Under the pieces are notes generated by a model. That model searched no databases. It saw only the letters and a list, made by a program, of their open reading frames with translations, and was not told the origin of the DNA. The position numbers and the translations under genes were made by a program. Of a stretch of 64,000 nucleotides of DNA, positions 51,200-64,000 are shown piece by piece; the first letter of the stretch is position 1; each line of letters opens with the position of its first letter. Origin of the DNA: Octopus vulgaris (Eukaryota); contig OX597831.1 of assembly GCA_951406725.2 (NCBI GenBank), positions 55,366,001 through 55,430,000 of the forward strand. The letters run 5' to 3'.

Positions 51200-52526
51200 C
51201 ATACTATGACAAATGTTTTTCAATTTAATATCATCAAAAGCATTCCAATCCTGACCCAGTTCAGTTGTGCACTGTTATATCCACTTCTTCACAGCCACTT
51301 GCACCTTGTCTATGTCATCAAATTGTCCCCAAGGATTTCCCTGCTTTGAACTGAACAGGTGGAAGCTGGAGGACATTAGATCCAGGCAGTATGGTGATGG
51401 AGGATTACTGACCAATTTAGTTTGTTGATTGCCTGATTTATTCTCAAAGATGAATGTGGAGTGTTTTCAAATTTTTGTTCATTCACTTGCTCCTAATGGA
51501 TTCTATAACATTTTTGAGTGTCTCAAAGTACCGCTCGTGGTACAGCCACATTTCAGAAAATCATGAGAATGTCATTCCAAAACACAGTCACCATGACTTT
51601 TTATGTCGATCACTGGCTCTTGAATTTCCTGACCCTTGAAGAAGAGGTGTGATGCCATTCCACGGAGTGATCCTTCATTTCTGGATCAAAGATTCAACCA
51701 CGTTTCATCCCTTGTCACCAGATCAGAAAAAAATGCATCGCCATTGGCTTCAAATGCTTTCAATAGTTCAAAGCAGACTTCCACATTTCTCGCCTTCAAA
51801 TCAGGTGTCAAGTACTGATATACCCACTTTTCACACACTTTCTGATACATAAAGTCTTCTCTCATCTTCTGTAAAGCATTGTGACGACAGTCAAATCGTG
51901 TAATAAGCTCAGATTCTGACCCATGTCCTTTCATTCGCTGGTGATTTGTGTCAGTGGTAACAGTTAATCTTCAACTGTTTGCTTTGTCTCTCCTTCTTTA
52001 AACTTCATCCATCTTATTTCTTTACTGCCCACAATGTGCTACACACAGAGGGGACAAACAAGGACAGACAAACAGATTAAGTCGATTATATTGACCCCAG
52101 TGTGTAACTGGTACTTATTTAATCGACCCCGAAAGGATGAAAGGCAAAGTCGACCATGGCGGAATTTGAACTCAGAATGTAGCGGCAGACAAAATACCAC
52201 TAAGCATTTCGCCCGGCGTGCTAATGTTTCTGCCAGCTCATCGCCTTTAAACTTCATCCATCTGTATCCATAACTCTTGTCAATGGTGTCATCTTCTTAA
52301 ACATGTACATGTTCGAAAAAGTCTGCACCCCTCATTCAGCAAGGACTCAATGACGACATGTTGCTTCTGCTTAGAACCCATTATTTGCCTGCAATGAAGA
52401 AGAGAAAGAAGGGTTACTGTAGAGGAAGAATTACTCTATTAACATAACATGTGTGCTTTGAACGACCTATATCAATTAATAAAAAGTTAAAACTACTTTT
52501 GCATGGCTTTCGGTACCACCCTCGTA
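51200..52526 (-). mobile_element. Decayed mariner transposon with nested SINE B (52014-52248)
   Basis: TA-CGAGGG terminus on minus; KWVYQYLT (WVP), VTRDETW, SPYCLDLMSSSFHLF (YSPDLAPSDFHLF). Confidence 0.85.
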
Positions 52527-54426
52527 CATGTACTTTTATGTATTAAGATGACTGAATTCCTTCCTTTTTAGCATATGTGCAAGAAAGCAAGAAAAAAAAA
52601 AGAAATAAAGAAACTGTTAAGTACTTGTTTGAAGAATTTTGTTTCAGACATAAAGTTTGGGACTCCTCCAAATAACTTGATATGGGCCCAAGCACATTTC
52701 CACTATGTTGGTGAAGGGGCCTCTGCATGGTGCTTGAGGAAATAGAATAGTAACCAAACTATCCTCAAACGACTTGTTAGTGACATAAAAGAGGATGGAG
52801 ACATTGAATAAAGTGGTTTTGAATTCACTATTTCTGAATAATAATTATAATAATAATAATAATGATGATGATGATGATAATGATATATTGGTTGATCACA
52901 ACTGGAGCATCTTTAAACATAATGTCTGCTCAATAAGGATTAATTTCCTGTTAAATGACAACGAAAAGAACCTAACTTGTTCTTAAATCTTAATTGACCC
53001 CTGGCATTTAATTAAGTCATAGAGTTTCACATCAAGCAATCTTAATCATACGCTGAAAGACTTTTCTTGTAAATAAAAAAGAATTGTGTTGATTTGCCAT
53101 TAGGACAAAAATTTGTTTCTCTATTTTTTTTTTACACATTTACAAGAATTTTATAACTAACCCAACAAATACCGATTCCCAAGGGTTATGGGAATTATCT
53201 CAAATTTATATGGATGGATAAATATATTTTACATTTTATCAAGGATAAAAAAAAAGGAACAAGATAATGAAGTACTCGGCATGACATTTCAATTTTCTCA
53301 TAGTTATTCACACTGCCCTAGATAAACACTAAGAAATATTTGCGTCAATGGGAAAGAAATCTCAGACAACCTTATTTTTCTATATTATCATGTACATACA
53401 TACATACATTTGTATGTGAAAATGCATGACTCAGTGGTTAGAACGTCGGGCTTACAATCGTGAGGTTGTGAGTTTGACTTCCGGACTGGGCTGTGTGTTG
53501 TGTTCTTCAGCAAGACACTTTATTTCGCTTGCAGTTCAATCAGCTGTAGAAATGAGTTGTGACATCGCTGGTGCCAAGTTGTATCGGCTTTTCTTTTTCC
53601 CTTGGATGAAGGTCTTGCACACAAACAACTTTGCTCAGGCTTGTGCCTTTGAAGGGAACTTTCTAGGTACAACCCCATGGTCATTTGTAGGTGGTCTTTT
53701 TTACTGGCCTATAAAACTTATGTCATATTGAAAACATGAGAGTTCTAAATGTCAAAGATTATTTTCTCAGTTCTTTATTTTACTGCTTCGTCTATTATCA
53801 AAATATGAAGGCAACTGATTTCCGATCAGCTGGAATCAGTGACCAAGTAGATAGTGGCTCCACTTCTTTAAAGATTCTACAATACCATGAGCTTCTCTGT
53901 CCACAGAAGAATGTTTCTGTTCACAAACTGAAAGTGTTCATAGATAGAAAGCTACTGGGAGTCACAAACGATATAGGGCAGCAGCAATAATACGATATGA
54001 AACATTGGTCGTAACCACTGGTGGCATCGTAGGTTCATTAACTTTCACAGCAAAGTTAGCAATGTTCTACTGTAGATTCTCATAAGCTTGCAGAGCTGAA
54101 AAGGGGAGAGGAAAGCATTTAGCAGTAACTAGAGAACAGAGTTTCTAGAAAATTTCGGTATCCATCGTGAATAGTAAGCTGTGAGCTGTGAGTCCTTTTT
54201 CAATTGTCATCAGTTATATGTTAAAAGCTAGCAATGCCGTTTGTGAGTCCAAAAAGAAATCCATCTAAATTGGTACAAGCGATGACCAGCTTTAAATGCA
54301 GTTTAAGGTTTGTTTTCCTTTTTTTAGGTCCTTCCCCAACTGTCTCCCCAATGCTTGGTTGAGGGTAGATATGTAGTAATGTGTAGCGATTTATTTGTCT
54401 GTAAAAAATCGATGACCATGTGTTTC

Positions 54427-56108
54427 GGATCTTTTCACTTTGACCGGCAGATTTTTAAAATAATTTTTTTGTAACTAAACACTTTTAAACTTCATATACT
54501 GGTAGAATTTCCCATAAAACATCTTTTTCTCTTGGCGTTCTTAAGAAAATTCTGAAGTTTGTAAGCTATTTGTTGTTAAATAGTTTGTATTTCGGCAATT
54601 TCAACCAATCAATGATGTCTATTGAGGTGAATACAATTACTGCTGTTGTTTGTCATCAACAACTTCCGGTGGTGTATATTTCGATTGTTACTGTTATTCA
54701 TGACATATTTCATATCAGTTACGTTCGTTATGAATAAATGATTATCGTTATTAAACTTTTATTAATAAACATATTCTAAGTTCACAACATATGTTGCACA
54801 GATACACACATTACAACCCTTCCCCCACCCCTAACCCTAACTCTAAAACAGATTGAAATGCAATAGATCGATACTAGGGTCATAATTATAGGTGGACACT
54901 AAAGAGGGAATGGTTTTGTTATCTGGCTCTGTTTACAAGTGACACCCTCTGTTTATGGCCACAGGGTATCTTTTTTCTCATAAATAACAGTGACATTTTC
55001 ATATGATCCAAAGCATGTACTTTTCTCACTCTTCTGCTCCAGTAAGAAATTGTTATTGTTATTAAATTAAACTATCACAAGGCTCTTTCAAATCCTTACT
55101 TACAGAACCTGAATTGTCCCAACACAAAGAAGTGTCTATTTTTATTCATCCAATCATGTGACATGTCTGAGTTTTTCTCTTCTTTTTTTTTATGATCAAA
55201 ACTTTATGCGTTTTTTTATTTCTAACTGTTGTACTTGGTTCTCCATAAAATGTTTTCAATATAACAATGTACTTAGTCTTTTCATTTGCTTTGCAAGATT
55301 CATGTGAATTTGTGTGTTGAAGCATATTTTATTGTCTAGGGAGAGTCATTCTCTTTTAATGTCTTATTATTTAACAAACTCACCGGTTCGATTTCCACTT
55401 ATTTCTAAAATGTTTTTCCATTGTGTTTTCAATAGTCATTGACTCTCAACGACTATTGAAAATGTTGCAAGATACCACGAAAAAAATTTAGAAATAAATA
55501 AGTAAATAAAGTGAAAATCAAATCGGTGTGTTAAAAAATAAGGCACTAAAAGAGAATGACTCTCTCCAGACACTAACCCTAGCCCTAAATGTTTTTTTCT
55601 TAATTGTTAAATTAATTTAATTGTTACGCATGTAAAAAAAACTAAAGCAATGGAAAATAATTTAAACAATTAACGTACAAAATAATTCTATAATTTTTAT
55701 ACACACGCTTTCCGTATACGTACGGAAAGCGTGTGTATAAAAATTATAGAATTATTTTGTACGTTAATTGTTTAAATTATTTTCCATTGCTTTAGTTTTT
55801 TTTACATGCGTAACAATTAAATTAATTTAACAATTAAGAAAAAAAAACACTTAGGGTTAGGGTGAGGGTTAGTTACAGGATGTTGTCTCAGTTTTAGACG
55901 CAGCAAATGATTTTAGCTCAAAAGAGAGCATAGGATTGGTTAAACTTCGAAAAATTAAACTACGTTAAACAAACGAATTACAAATTTATCAAGAAAGCCA
56001 AGTGAAAATAATGTTTTCTTTTGACACATTTTACCAGGATACGAAGTTTTAAAGTGTTTAGTTAACTAGAAATTGTGTTGAAATCTGGCCTTCAAAAGGA
56101 AAAGATCC
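54427..56108. mobile_element. TIR-bounded composite (GGATCTTTTC... ends) containing nested palindromes and telomere-like repeats
   Basis: ggatcttttcactttgaccggcagattt... versus ...aaatctggccttcaaaaggaaaagatcc; ~200 bp of imperfect inverted similarity; short relative at 59403-59674. Confidence 0.6.
55572..55873. repeat. Perfect palindrome (~125-bp arms, 4-nt loop TACG at 55717-55720) flanked by CCCTAA/TTAGGG-type repeats
   Basis: ...acacacgctttccgta TACG tacggaaagcgtgtgt... Confidence 0.95.
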
Positions 56109-56649
56109 CGTACGGATGTATGTATGTATGTATACTTCTATGTTTCTTTGCACAAACGTATATATATATGCATGCTTGTAATCTAATATTTTTATTCTTT
56201 ATTCACTTATATGTAACTATCGGGGCAGTCTCTACATAGGCGGCAGGGAACCTTTTTAGTGCTGAAACGCAAGCGTGCAAAAGCATATGGAACGCAAATG
56301 TACTGAGAAAAATAATGACTCTTACATTTTACGAATTCATCTGTGTGCAAATTAAATCAGACTTTTTGTTTACATATCATACATCACATGCATGCATGCA
56401 TGTATGTATGTATGTCTCTTCTGTATTTAATCGCCTAAATTAACTAACTAAAGGAGTTAGTTAACAAAGATACAAAACTCCAACTCTGGAATGTAGATAA
56501 CGAAAACAATGTTACATTCTAAACCTGAGAAAAGGCTAACATAGTTTTACTGTTGCGCTTACAGAGTGTGTTTGTAATGGGCAAATCAGTTGGTAGATTT
56601 GATTTATTGAAAATCCAAGCTTATCCAGACTTACAGTTTAGGCATTTTT

Positions 56650-56681
56650 TGTTTGCTTGTCTGTTTGTTTACCTGTTTGTT

Positions 56682-56713
<32 letters not shown>

Positions 56714-56832
56714 ATGCATACATGCATGCATGTATGTATGTATGTATGTATGTATGTATGTATGTATGTATGTATGTATGTATGTATGTATGTATGTATG
56801 TATGTATGTATGTATGTATGTATGTATGTATG
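56650..56832. repeat. (TTGT)/(TTGC)/(ATGT)n microsatellite
   Basis: Directly visible. Confidence 0.97.
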
Positions 56833-56886
56833 AGCAGATTTGTATGTTTTGTGTATGTATTATGCAAGTTGCATATCTAGATATAT

Positions 56887-57115
56887 TTAAATGATAGACT
56901 TCTGGAAAGTTTTACAGATTTTTACAGTTCCAGTGATGGATTGGATCTGTAGTCTTCGAATTAGCGTTCTCCATTTTGGTTTTGAGAAGCCTAATTTCTC
57001 AAGATTGGTATTTAGGCAGTGTGTTACATATCCCAGGACTCCAATAATTACAGGTATAAGCGTGAACTCGTAATCTGGATAGAGTAATTGCAGATTTCTC
57101 AATAGTTCAGCATCT
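56887..57115 (-). mobile_element. C-terminus of a restriction-like-endonuclease non-LTR element (R4/Dong/NeSL-like)
   Basis: ELLRNLQLLYPDYEFTLIPVIIGVLGYV..LEKLG..LQIQSITGTVKICKTF. Confidence 0.6.
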
Positions 57116-57880
57116 CTGTGTGTGTGTGTGGGGGGGGGGGGGGTAATATAGAGAGGTAGCACCATTGCCTGAAAGACACGTCACATTCTCAAGAATAGTT
57201 CGTCGGCTCTGGTCTCTATCTGACATCCACCTTTCCCTTATGGCTCTCTATGTAGTCGTCTGCATGCAACGGCGGGCCATATCCCCGTAAACCGCTTTGA
57301 TAGACGGATTAAACTAGGTGAGGGTAGCCAACGAGTATGTAACGCTTAGTGAGTTAGTGCTTGCCTACCGATGCATGTGAAAACAGATCCCTCAGACTCT
57401 GCAGAAGAAACTTCCAGGGTTCAATGAAGAGGAAATTGCAGCAACGCTGTGTGGAGTGCAGAGAGCACGATGAACTATGTAAAGATGGACGAAACGCAAT
57501 TAAGCATTTTACCCGGCATTGTAACGATTAAACCAGCTGGCCGCAGTACAACACGCATCATTTAAAAAAAAAATGACAGTTATGCTGGCTCGATAATAAA
57601 ACTATGAAAAGGTATAGAGGTGAATTTCGATCTGTGAGTTTCAGGCAATCACGATACGAAAGACACCTTAGCACATGTCCAGACACAGTATTCTGTCAAA
57701 AAGTTAACACTGAATAAATAGATCCATCTCATAATAAACCAAGGTTGTACAGAAGAGCAGACAACAACAGATTTTAACCTCTACAGGAATACTAATACCT
57801 TCAATAAAAGACCAAGAAATCCTTTTTAGACATTGTGGACAGAATTCAAGACGCTCGATGGCACAGACCGAAAGTAAGAT

Positions 57881-57988
57881 ATCGAAGGTAATAAATCTAT
57901 CGCAGGTAATAAATCTATCGAAGGTAATAAATCTATCGCAGCTAATAAATCTATCGAAGGTAATAAATCTATCGAAGGTAATAAATCT
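57881..57988. repeat. 6 x 18-bp tandem repeat ATCGAAGGTAATAAATCT
   Basis: Counted directly; two variant units. Confidence 0.95.
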
Positions 57989-58085
57989 AACCTTTCACCG
58001 CAACGAATTCAAACTCTCCTGTACTCTTACCTGCGTGGAAGTTAAATCTCATTTCTCTCTCTCTCATTCTCTCCATCTCCCTCTG

Positions 58086-58140
<55 letters not shown>

Positions 58141-58966
58141 CGAATCCTGCATACATGAAGTGGATTCGATCCACTATAGCTAAATTTAAACTAACACTGC
58201 TACAGAACTTTTCCCACAGGGGAACAATGGTTTTTCTCTGACAGCAGTTTTTACATTTTCCAGATGCCTTTAGCTAGGCCGCTATAATGTCTTCACTACT
58301 TGACTCTTTCTAACCTCTTCTACATCACCAAAAGCTAGAATAGATAACAAGACCACCAACTAAATCTATTGTTCTCAACGATATATCTATCCTTCTGGGA
58401 TCTTAATATAAGCAAGCACATCCCAAGCAAAAATCAGTTAGTCACCACTCGGTGACAACTCAGCGAGAACGTAGTCTGGCTGACCAGCTAGAACCTTGGT
58501 CAAAGGGAGAAACGAAGTTTACTGTCGGACAACACGGCCAGAAGGGAAAGAAAGACAACGTCCTACATTCTCACTACCTCCAAATCTGTTCTCTTACAAC
58601 ATCATTCTATCTGTCTCAGCAATTACTACAAAACAAAGAAGAGAACCCAAATACAAATATTCTACCGCATCTATCCATCGCATGCTTTTGGATTTATCAA
58701 TCTGCCCGTTGAGGCAAGGTATTGTAACGTAACGGTAAATAAATATTTCCTTAAAACTTCATGCATTTTTTCTCTTACACATTTTACAACTTGCCGTTTT
58801 AATAACAAACTCTTATCGTCACAACTGCTGACCATAACATTTCATAATATTGTTTACCAACAAATATCTACCGTTACAATTAAAGCCGTTACACTTGGTG
58901 ACCCACGACTTCAACTAAAAACTTTATCGTTACAAATACTCTAATAAAAACTCTCGTCGTTACATA

Positions 58967-59364
58967 TCTTTATATATAAAAGTGAGGTTGTGTGCTGTCT
59001 GTCTCCTACGATTTAGATTCCTAACTACTCCCACATTTTGCGGTGCAGTTTAACCAAAACCGGGTATCTTATAGTCGTGATTCATATCGAGCTCTTCTGG
59101 GTATTAGCGCGCGTCTACGATTAGTCTACGATTTAAAAAAAAATTTACCATCAATTTTTCCCATTTTTAATGCATTTTTGGCATATATAAGGGAAGTAAC
59201 TCTCTTAAAATTTATCATTAAATCTCAGAACGTAAAAAGCTACAGTAACACCCTCCCCCTTTGTGGTTAGCCATATTGAGATGGCTATTATACTTTACAT
59301 CTCTAAAAATGCCTATATAGTTATTTCCCTTACAAACCCGAGCAACGCCGGGCGATACTGCAAG
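58967..59364 (+). mobile_element. Non-autonomous Helitron
   Basis: A|TCTTTATATATAAAAG start; 3-prime hairpin CCCGAGCAACGCCGGG then CAAG|T (CTAG variant); no TSD. Confidence 0.75.
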
Positions 59365-59371
59365 TATATAT

Positions 59372-59402
<31 letters not shown>

Positions 59403-59674
59403 GGCATTTTTCACTTTGACCGGCAGATTTTTAAGATAATTTCTTTGTAACTAAACACCTTTAAACTTCGTATACTGGTAGTGTGTTACATAAAACATCT
59501 TTTTCTCTTGGCTTTCTTGAGAAAATTCTGTAGTTTGTAAGGTATTTGTTGTTTAATTTCTTGCATTTCGGCAATTTCAACCAATCAATGACGTCTATTG
59601 AGGTGAATACAATTTCTGCCGTAGGTTGTTAAGTAAATTATTTTAAAAATCTGCCGGTCAAAGCGAAAAGATCC
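59403..59674. mobile_element. MITE inserted in (TA)n
   Basis: TIRs ttttcactttgaccggcagattttt / aaaaatctgccggtcaaagcgaaaagatcc. Confidence 0.85.
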
Positions 59675-60474
59675 TATATATATATATATCACATGACCAC
59701 GTGACCGACCAGACCATCAGATGTTGTTACACATCGCTGGTCACCATGCGTTCGTATTGTTTTAGCCTTCGAATGACGCCACCCCGCTGGCTAAGCGAGC
59801 AGGCCAACAGAAGAGTGAGAGAAAGTTGTGGCGAAAGAGTACAGCAAGGATCGCCACCCCCTGCCGAAGTCTCGTGGAGCTTTTTTTTAAGGTGTTTTCG
59901 CTCAATAAACACTCACAATCAACCGCGATCTTACGACCGCGAGTCCGCTGCCCTAACCACTGGGCCAAATTCTCGCCCCTTGAGTTAATTTGTAACTTTA
60001 TGCTGAGTAAAAATGATTAATATTTCTCCTGTTTGTTCTTTCAAACACGGGCGCGCGCACACACACATTGTGTAGAGACTCTTCTGTTTAAGTCAAGACA
60101 TGCTCTTGGAGTGCAGTTATCCGAATTAACTGGTGTGTGCATATGTGTGTGCGTGAGTGTGTGTGTGTGTGTGTGTATGCATGCGCGTGTGTACGCATAT
60201 GCTAATGTGGATAATCTCGTACTTGGTTTTGGGTATCCATCTCAGTACACAGGTTTGTGTACAGCATTACAGTTTTTTGTGTGCGTATGCACATGCATAT
60301 TACATGTGTTTGTGTCTAATAGTGTGTATGTGTTCGGCCTAAGAGCCTCAAAAGGAGAATCCCTGGAAAGCTTTTATCAATTGTATCTGTAGAAAGCGAA
60401 TTAGTTTGCGTCGTTCTTGTTTGGAGAGCTCCGTGATTTTTAGTTTTTTTTATGCAAATCTGTTGTTACATACT

Positions 60475-60996
<522 letters not shown>

Positions 60997-61103
60997 AAAC
61001 ATTTAAATAATAATAGATACAATTGAAAATCTATTGCCCGGATATAAGAGCAGCAAGTTTCTCTTTTTCTCTCTCTTTCTCTCTCTTTCCATATATGGAA
61101 AGT

Positions 61104-61484
61104 AGGAGTGGCTGTGTGGTAAGTAGCTTGCTTACGAACCACATGGTTCCGGGTTCAGTCCCACTGCGTGGCACCTTGGGCAAGTGTCTTCTGCTATAGC
61201 TTCGGGCTGACCAAAGCCTTGTGAGTGGATTTGGTAGACGGAAACTGAAAGAAACCCGTCGTATATATGTATATATGTGTGTGTCTGTGTTTGTCCCCCC
61301 AACATCGTTGACAACCGGTGCTGGTGTGTTTACGTCCCCGTAACTTAGCGGTTCGGTAAAAGAGACCGATAGAATAAGTACTAGGCTTACAAAAAATAAG
61401 TCCTGGGGCCGATTTGCTCGACTAAAGGCGGTGCTCCAGCATGGCCGCAGTCAAATGACTGAAACAAGTAAAAGAGTAAAGAGA
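61104..61484 (+). mobile_element. SINE family A
   Basis: Full length, head-to-head with the previous copy. Confidence 0.92.
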
Positions 61485-61776
61485 GTATGCCTTTTGCTTG
61501 CCTAGGCTGAATGAGAGATGTTTTTGGAATGTTGTAATAGTGTTCTGCGATGTTGTATAGACATGGTGGCGTTTACAGGTAGTTTTCATTTAGTTAACAA
61601 AAACTGAGGATCTGGCCTATTTAGTTTACACCGAGTTGACATTTTTGTTGGAATGTCCGACTAATATTTCTTTATGTTTAGTAGTGCAAATACATTATGT
61701 TCAGGAGAGCCTTTTGTACGGCCATCAGAACAATCCTTCCTTTGTATAGCGTTGTAGATGATTCTGACGACAATGC

Positions 61777-61944
61777 CATGTTTCGTGGGAAAGCATGTTT
61801 CGTGGGAAAGCATGTTTCGTGGGAAAGAATGTTTCGTGGGAAAGCATGTTTCGTGGGGAAGCATGTTTCGTGGGAAAGCATGTTTCGTGGGAAAGCATGT
61901 TTCGTGGGAAAGCATGTTTCGTGGGAAAGCATGTTTCGTGGGAA
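61777..61944. repeat. ~10 x 17-bp tandem repeat CATGTTTCGTGGGAAAG
   Basis: 168 bp, two single-base variant units, no spacers. Confidence 0.96.
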
Positions 61945-62399
61945 TGTTACGGGCATTTTGGTGCAGCTTCCACATTGGTATGACTTAATCGACATTTTAT
62001 GTTACAACGTGGTTTAGAGGCATCCTTATTTTTTTCATTTGAACAGGTATTTAGTAGATATCTACTCTTCTGGCATAGCCTTGTGGGTGACGGATGCATT
62101 TATCGTGGGTCTTGGAAAGGTCATAATTCTTGAAAATATTATTGGTATTGCGGGATATGCACCACTAGCGTAGCTAGAGTGGGGTGGGATGGAAGGAGCG
62201 GTCCACCTCGGGCGGTACTTTCATGGGGGTGGCACCACTTTTGGGTTTGCTGTAGGCAATATGTATTCTTCGTGGGGGCCCGATGGCGGTAAATTGAAGG
62301 ACGCCTCGGGCGACGTACTCTAGCTACGTTAGTGATATGTACTCCTGCACAACTTTCTTCATACACACACACATTCACTCATTCATCCATTTATTTATT

Positions 62400-62576
62400 C
62401 ATACACACGCACACATACGCACACACACACACACACGCACGCACGCACGCACACACACATACATACATACATACATACATACATACATACATACATACAT
62501 ACATACATACATACATACATACATACATACATACATACTTACGTACGTACATACATACATACATACATACATACAT
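62400..62576. repeat. (CA)n/(CATA)n microsatellite
   Basis: Directly visible. Confidence 0.97.
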
Positions 62577-62945
62577 TCGCCTTTCTATGGCGAAAGAGAT
62601 GTAGTGGCCTGGATCCGTAAGGTCAAGGTGGTGGCCAGGCAACAAGGCATCGACGATGTAGCAGGTTTCATGGCACTGTACCTGGAGGGAAGCGCGTTGT
62701 ACCTTGGGATGGCCGTGGAAGACCAATTGAGCGCGGCGAAGATCGATTAGCACTTGAGGGAAGCCTATACGGAGGAAAGGTACGCCGCGTTTGCTAAGTT
62801 GGGAAGGGTCAATTGGACAGACGAACAGCATGCCGCGGAGGTTCGGAGACTGGCCATGCTATCCGGTTTCACCGGAGAAGGTCTAGTGAAGACGGCACGA
62901 CTGGTCTTCGGAAATGGCTTTCCCGACGACATATCTGTTTGGTGG
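62577..62945 (+). mobile_element. Ty3/Gypsy-like gag fragment
   Basis: PFYGERDVVAWIRKVKVVA..MALYLEGSAL..*..LREAY..AAEVRRLAMLSG..FGNGFPDDIS; GC-rich; internal stop. Confidence 0.6.
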
Positions 62946-64000
62946 TGCAGGGGTGTCATGCGACGTGAGTCTGCAACATGAGAGGGAGCAGAGCTCCGCG
63001 AGGGACTGTACTACGCCATTGAAGACAAAATCCCCTTCAGGAGCAATGGACATAAATGTTTCGCCATTTTTGTGGCTTATCAACATCATGTACTTAAACC
63101 AGATTAGAAACGAACTGAATCGTCAATTCATGACTATATACAAATGGTGAAAAAAAAAGAAAAAACAATTGTTGGTCTAACAGCGATTTTCGTTTTCAGC
63201 ATGCAAAACTACAAAACTAAAAAACAATCTGGTGAAAATTTGAAATATTTAAAGTGGTTGGAAGAAATATAAGATCATAAAGATCCCTCACATTTTCTGA
63301 TCATAAAACGAAAGAACGCTTCAGTGAGGTTGTTTCAAAACTCTCTACCCTGACCCCAATGTTTGTTTTGTCTGTCCTCGTATCGTCCCCTCTTTTTCTC
63401 AACCTTATGGTGAATAAAGAAATTCACTCTCTCTCTCTCTTTCTGTATTCCTATTGCTTTTGCTTGTCTAGGCTGAATGGGATAGATGTTTTTGGAATGA
63501 GGTATCGTACAGGTAATTTCCATTTGACAAAAACTGGGGGTTGAAAGCTTGCTTTGTGAACGGGGTGTGTTACTTGTCTGTTGTGTTTATAAGTCTGCTG
63601 CTTTTGTCGTTGCTGTTAATGTTCTCCTACTTTCTTATCCGCCCATGATTTCTCTTCTTTTGTAAAGACGTCATTTAAACATCACATGTTACGCATATCT
63701 GTGGAATGCTCAGTCATTTGCACATTAATTTTATGAGCAGGCTCTTCTATTGATTTCTTTACAAAAGTAACCATTCATTTAGAAAGCAATTCTCTGAAAG
63801 AATTTGATTTTACTCACCAGGAAGAAAACCAACCAACCAACCAATCAGGCAGCTAGCCGAACCAGTGAGTCAACCAACCAAACAAAAAAGCAACAAAGTA
63901 TTACTGTATATATTTTAGCTGTTTTATTTTTATCTGTTTAACATGTCTGTCACTTCTCTGTTTATTTGTTTAGCATGTCTGTCGTTTCTCAGTTTATACA

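Noticed and set aside
54828-54846. True telomere or chromosome fusion site
   Set aside because: Only two or three degenerate CCCTAA units, embedded in a TIR element.
61777-61944. CRISPR-like array
   Set aside because: The units are contiguous with no unique spacers, there are no cas genes, and the context is eukaryotic.

Overview
AT-rich, repeat-dense animal genomic DNA. The SINE, RTE and microsatellite landscape suggests an octopus or other coleoid cephalopod (inference). One host gene is supported: ribose-5-phosphate isomerase A (RPIA) on the + strand. Seven distinct coding exons from 2106 to 45903 splice in frame with GT-AG boundaries to give 220 aa plus a stop, and the first exon lies upstream of the window. 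The rest is intron or intergenic DNA filled with tRNA-derived SINEs, RTE/CR1/RLE-type LINE fragments, Penelope-like elements, piggyBac (TTAA) MITEs, Tc1/mariner, Helitron and LTR remnants, and microsatellites. Almost all ORF-track entries are artefacts of these repeats. Highlights: (1) the 60-nt phase-0 RPIA exon is present twice, identically, in a ~430-bp duplication around a rearranged piggyBac fragment that carries a templated patch; (2) several unrelated hammerhead-ribozyme-like motifs lie in RPIA introns, some within long inverted repeats, with the near-intact cores antisense and the sense copies broken; (3) a ~125-bp-arm perfect palindrome is capped by telomere-type repeats; (4) a 10x17-bp array carries the CSL/Su(H) site CGTGGGAA in each unit. 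Repeat boundaries were read by eye and are approximate unless termini are quoted.
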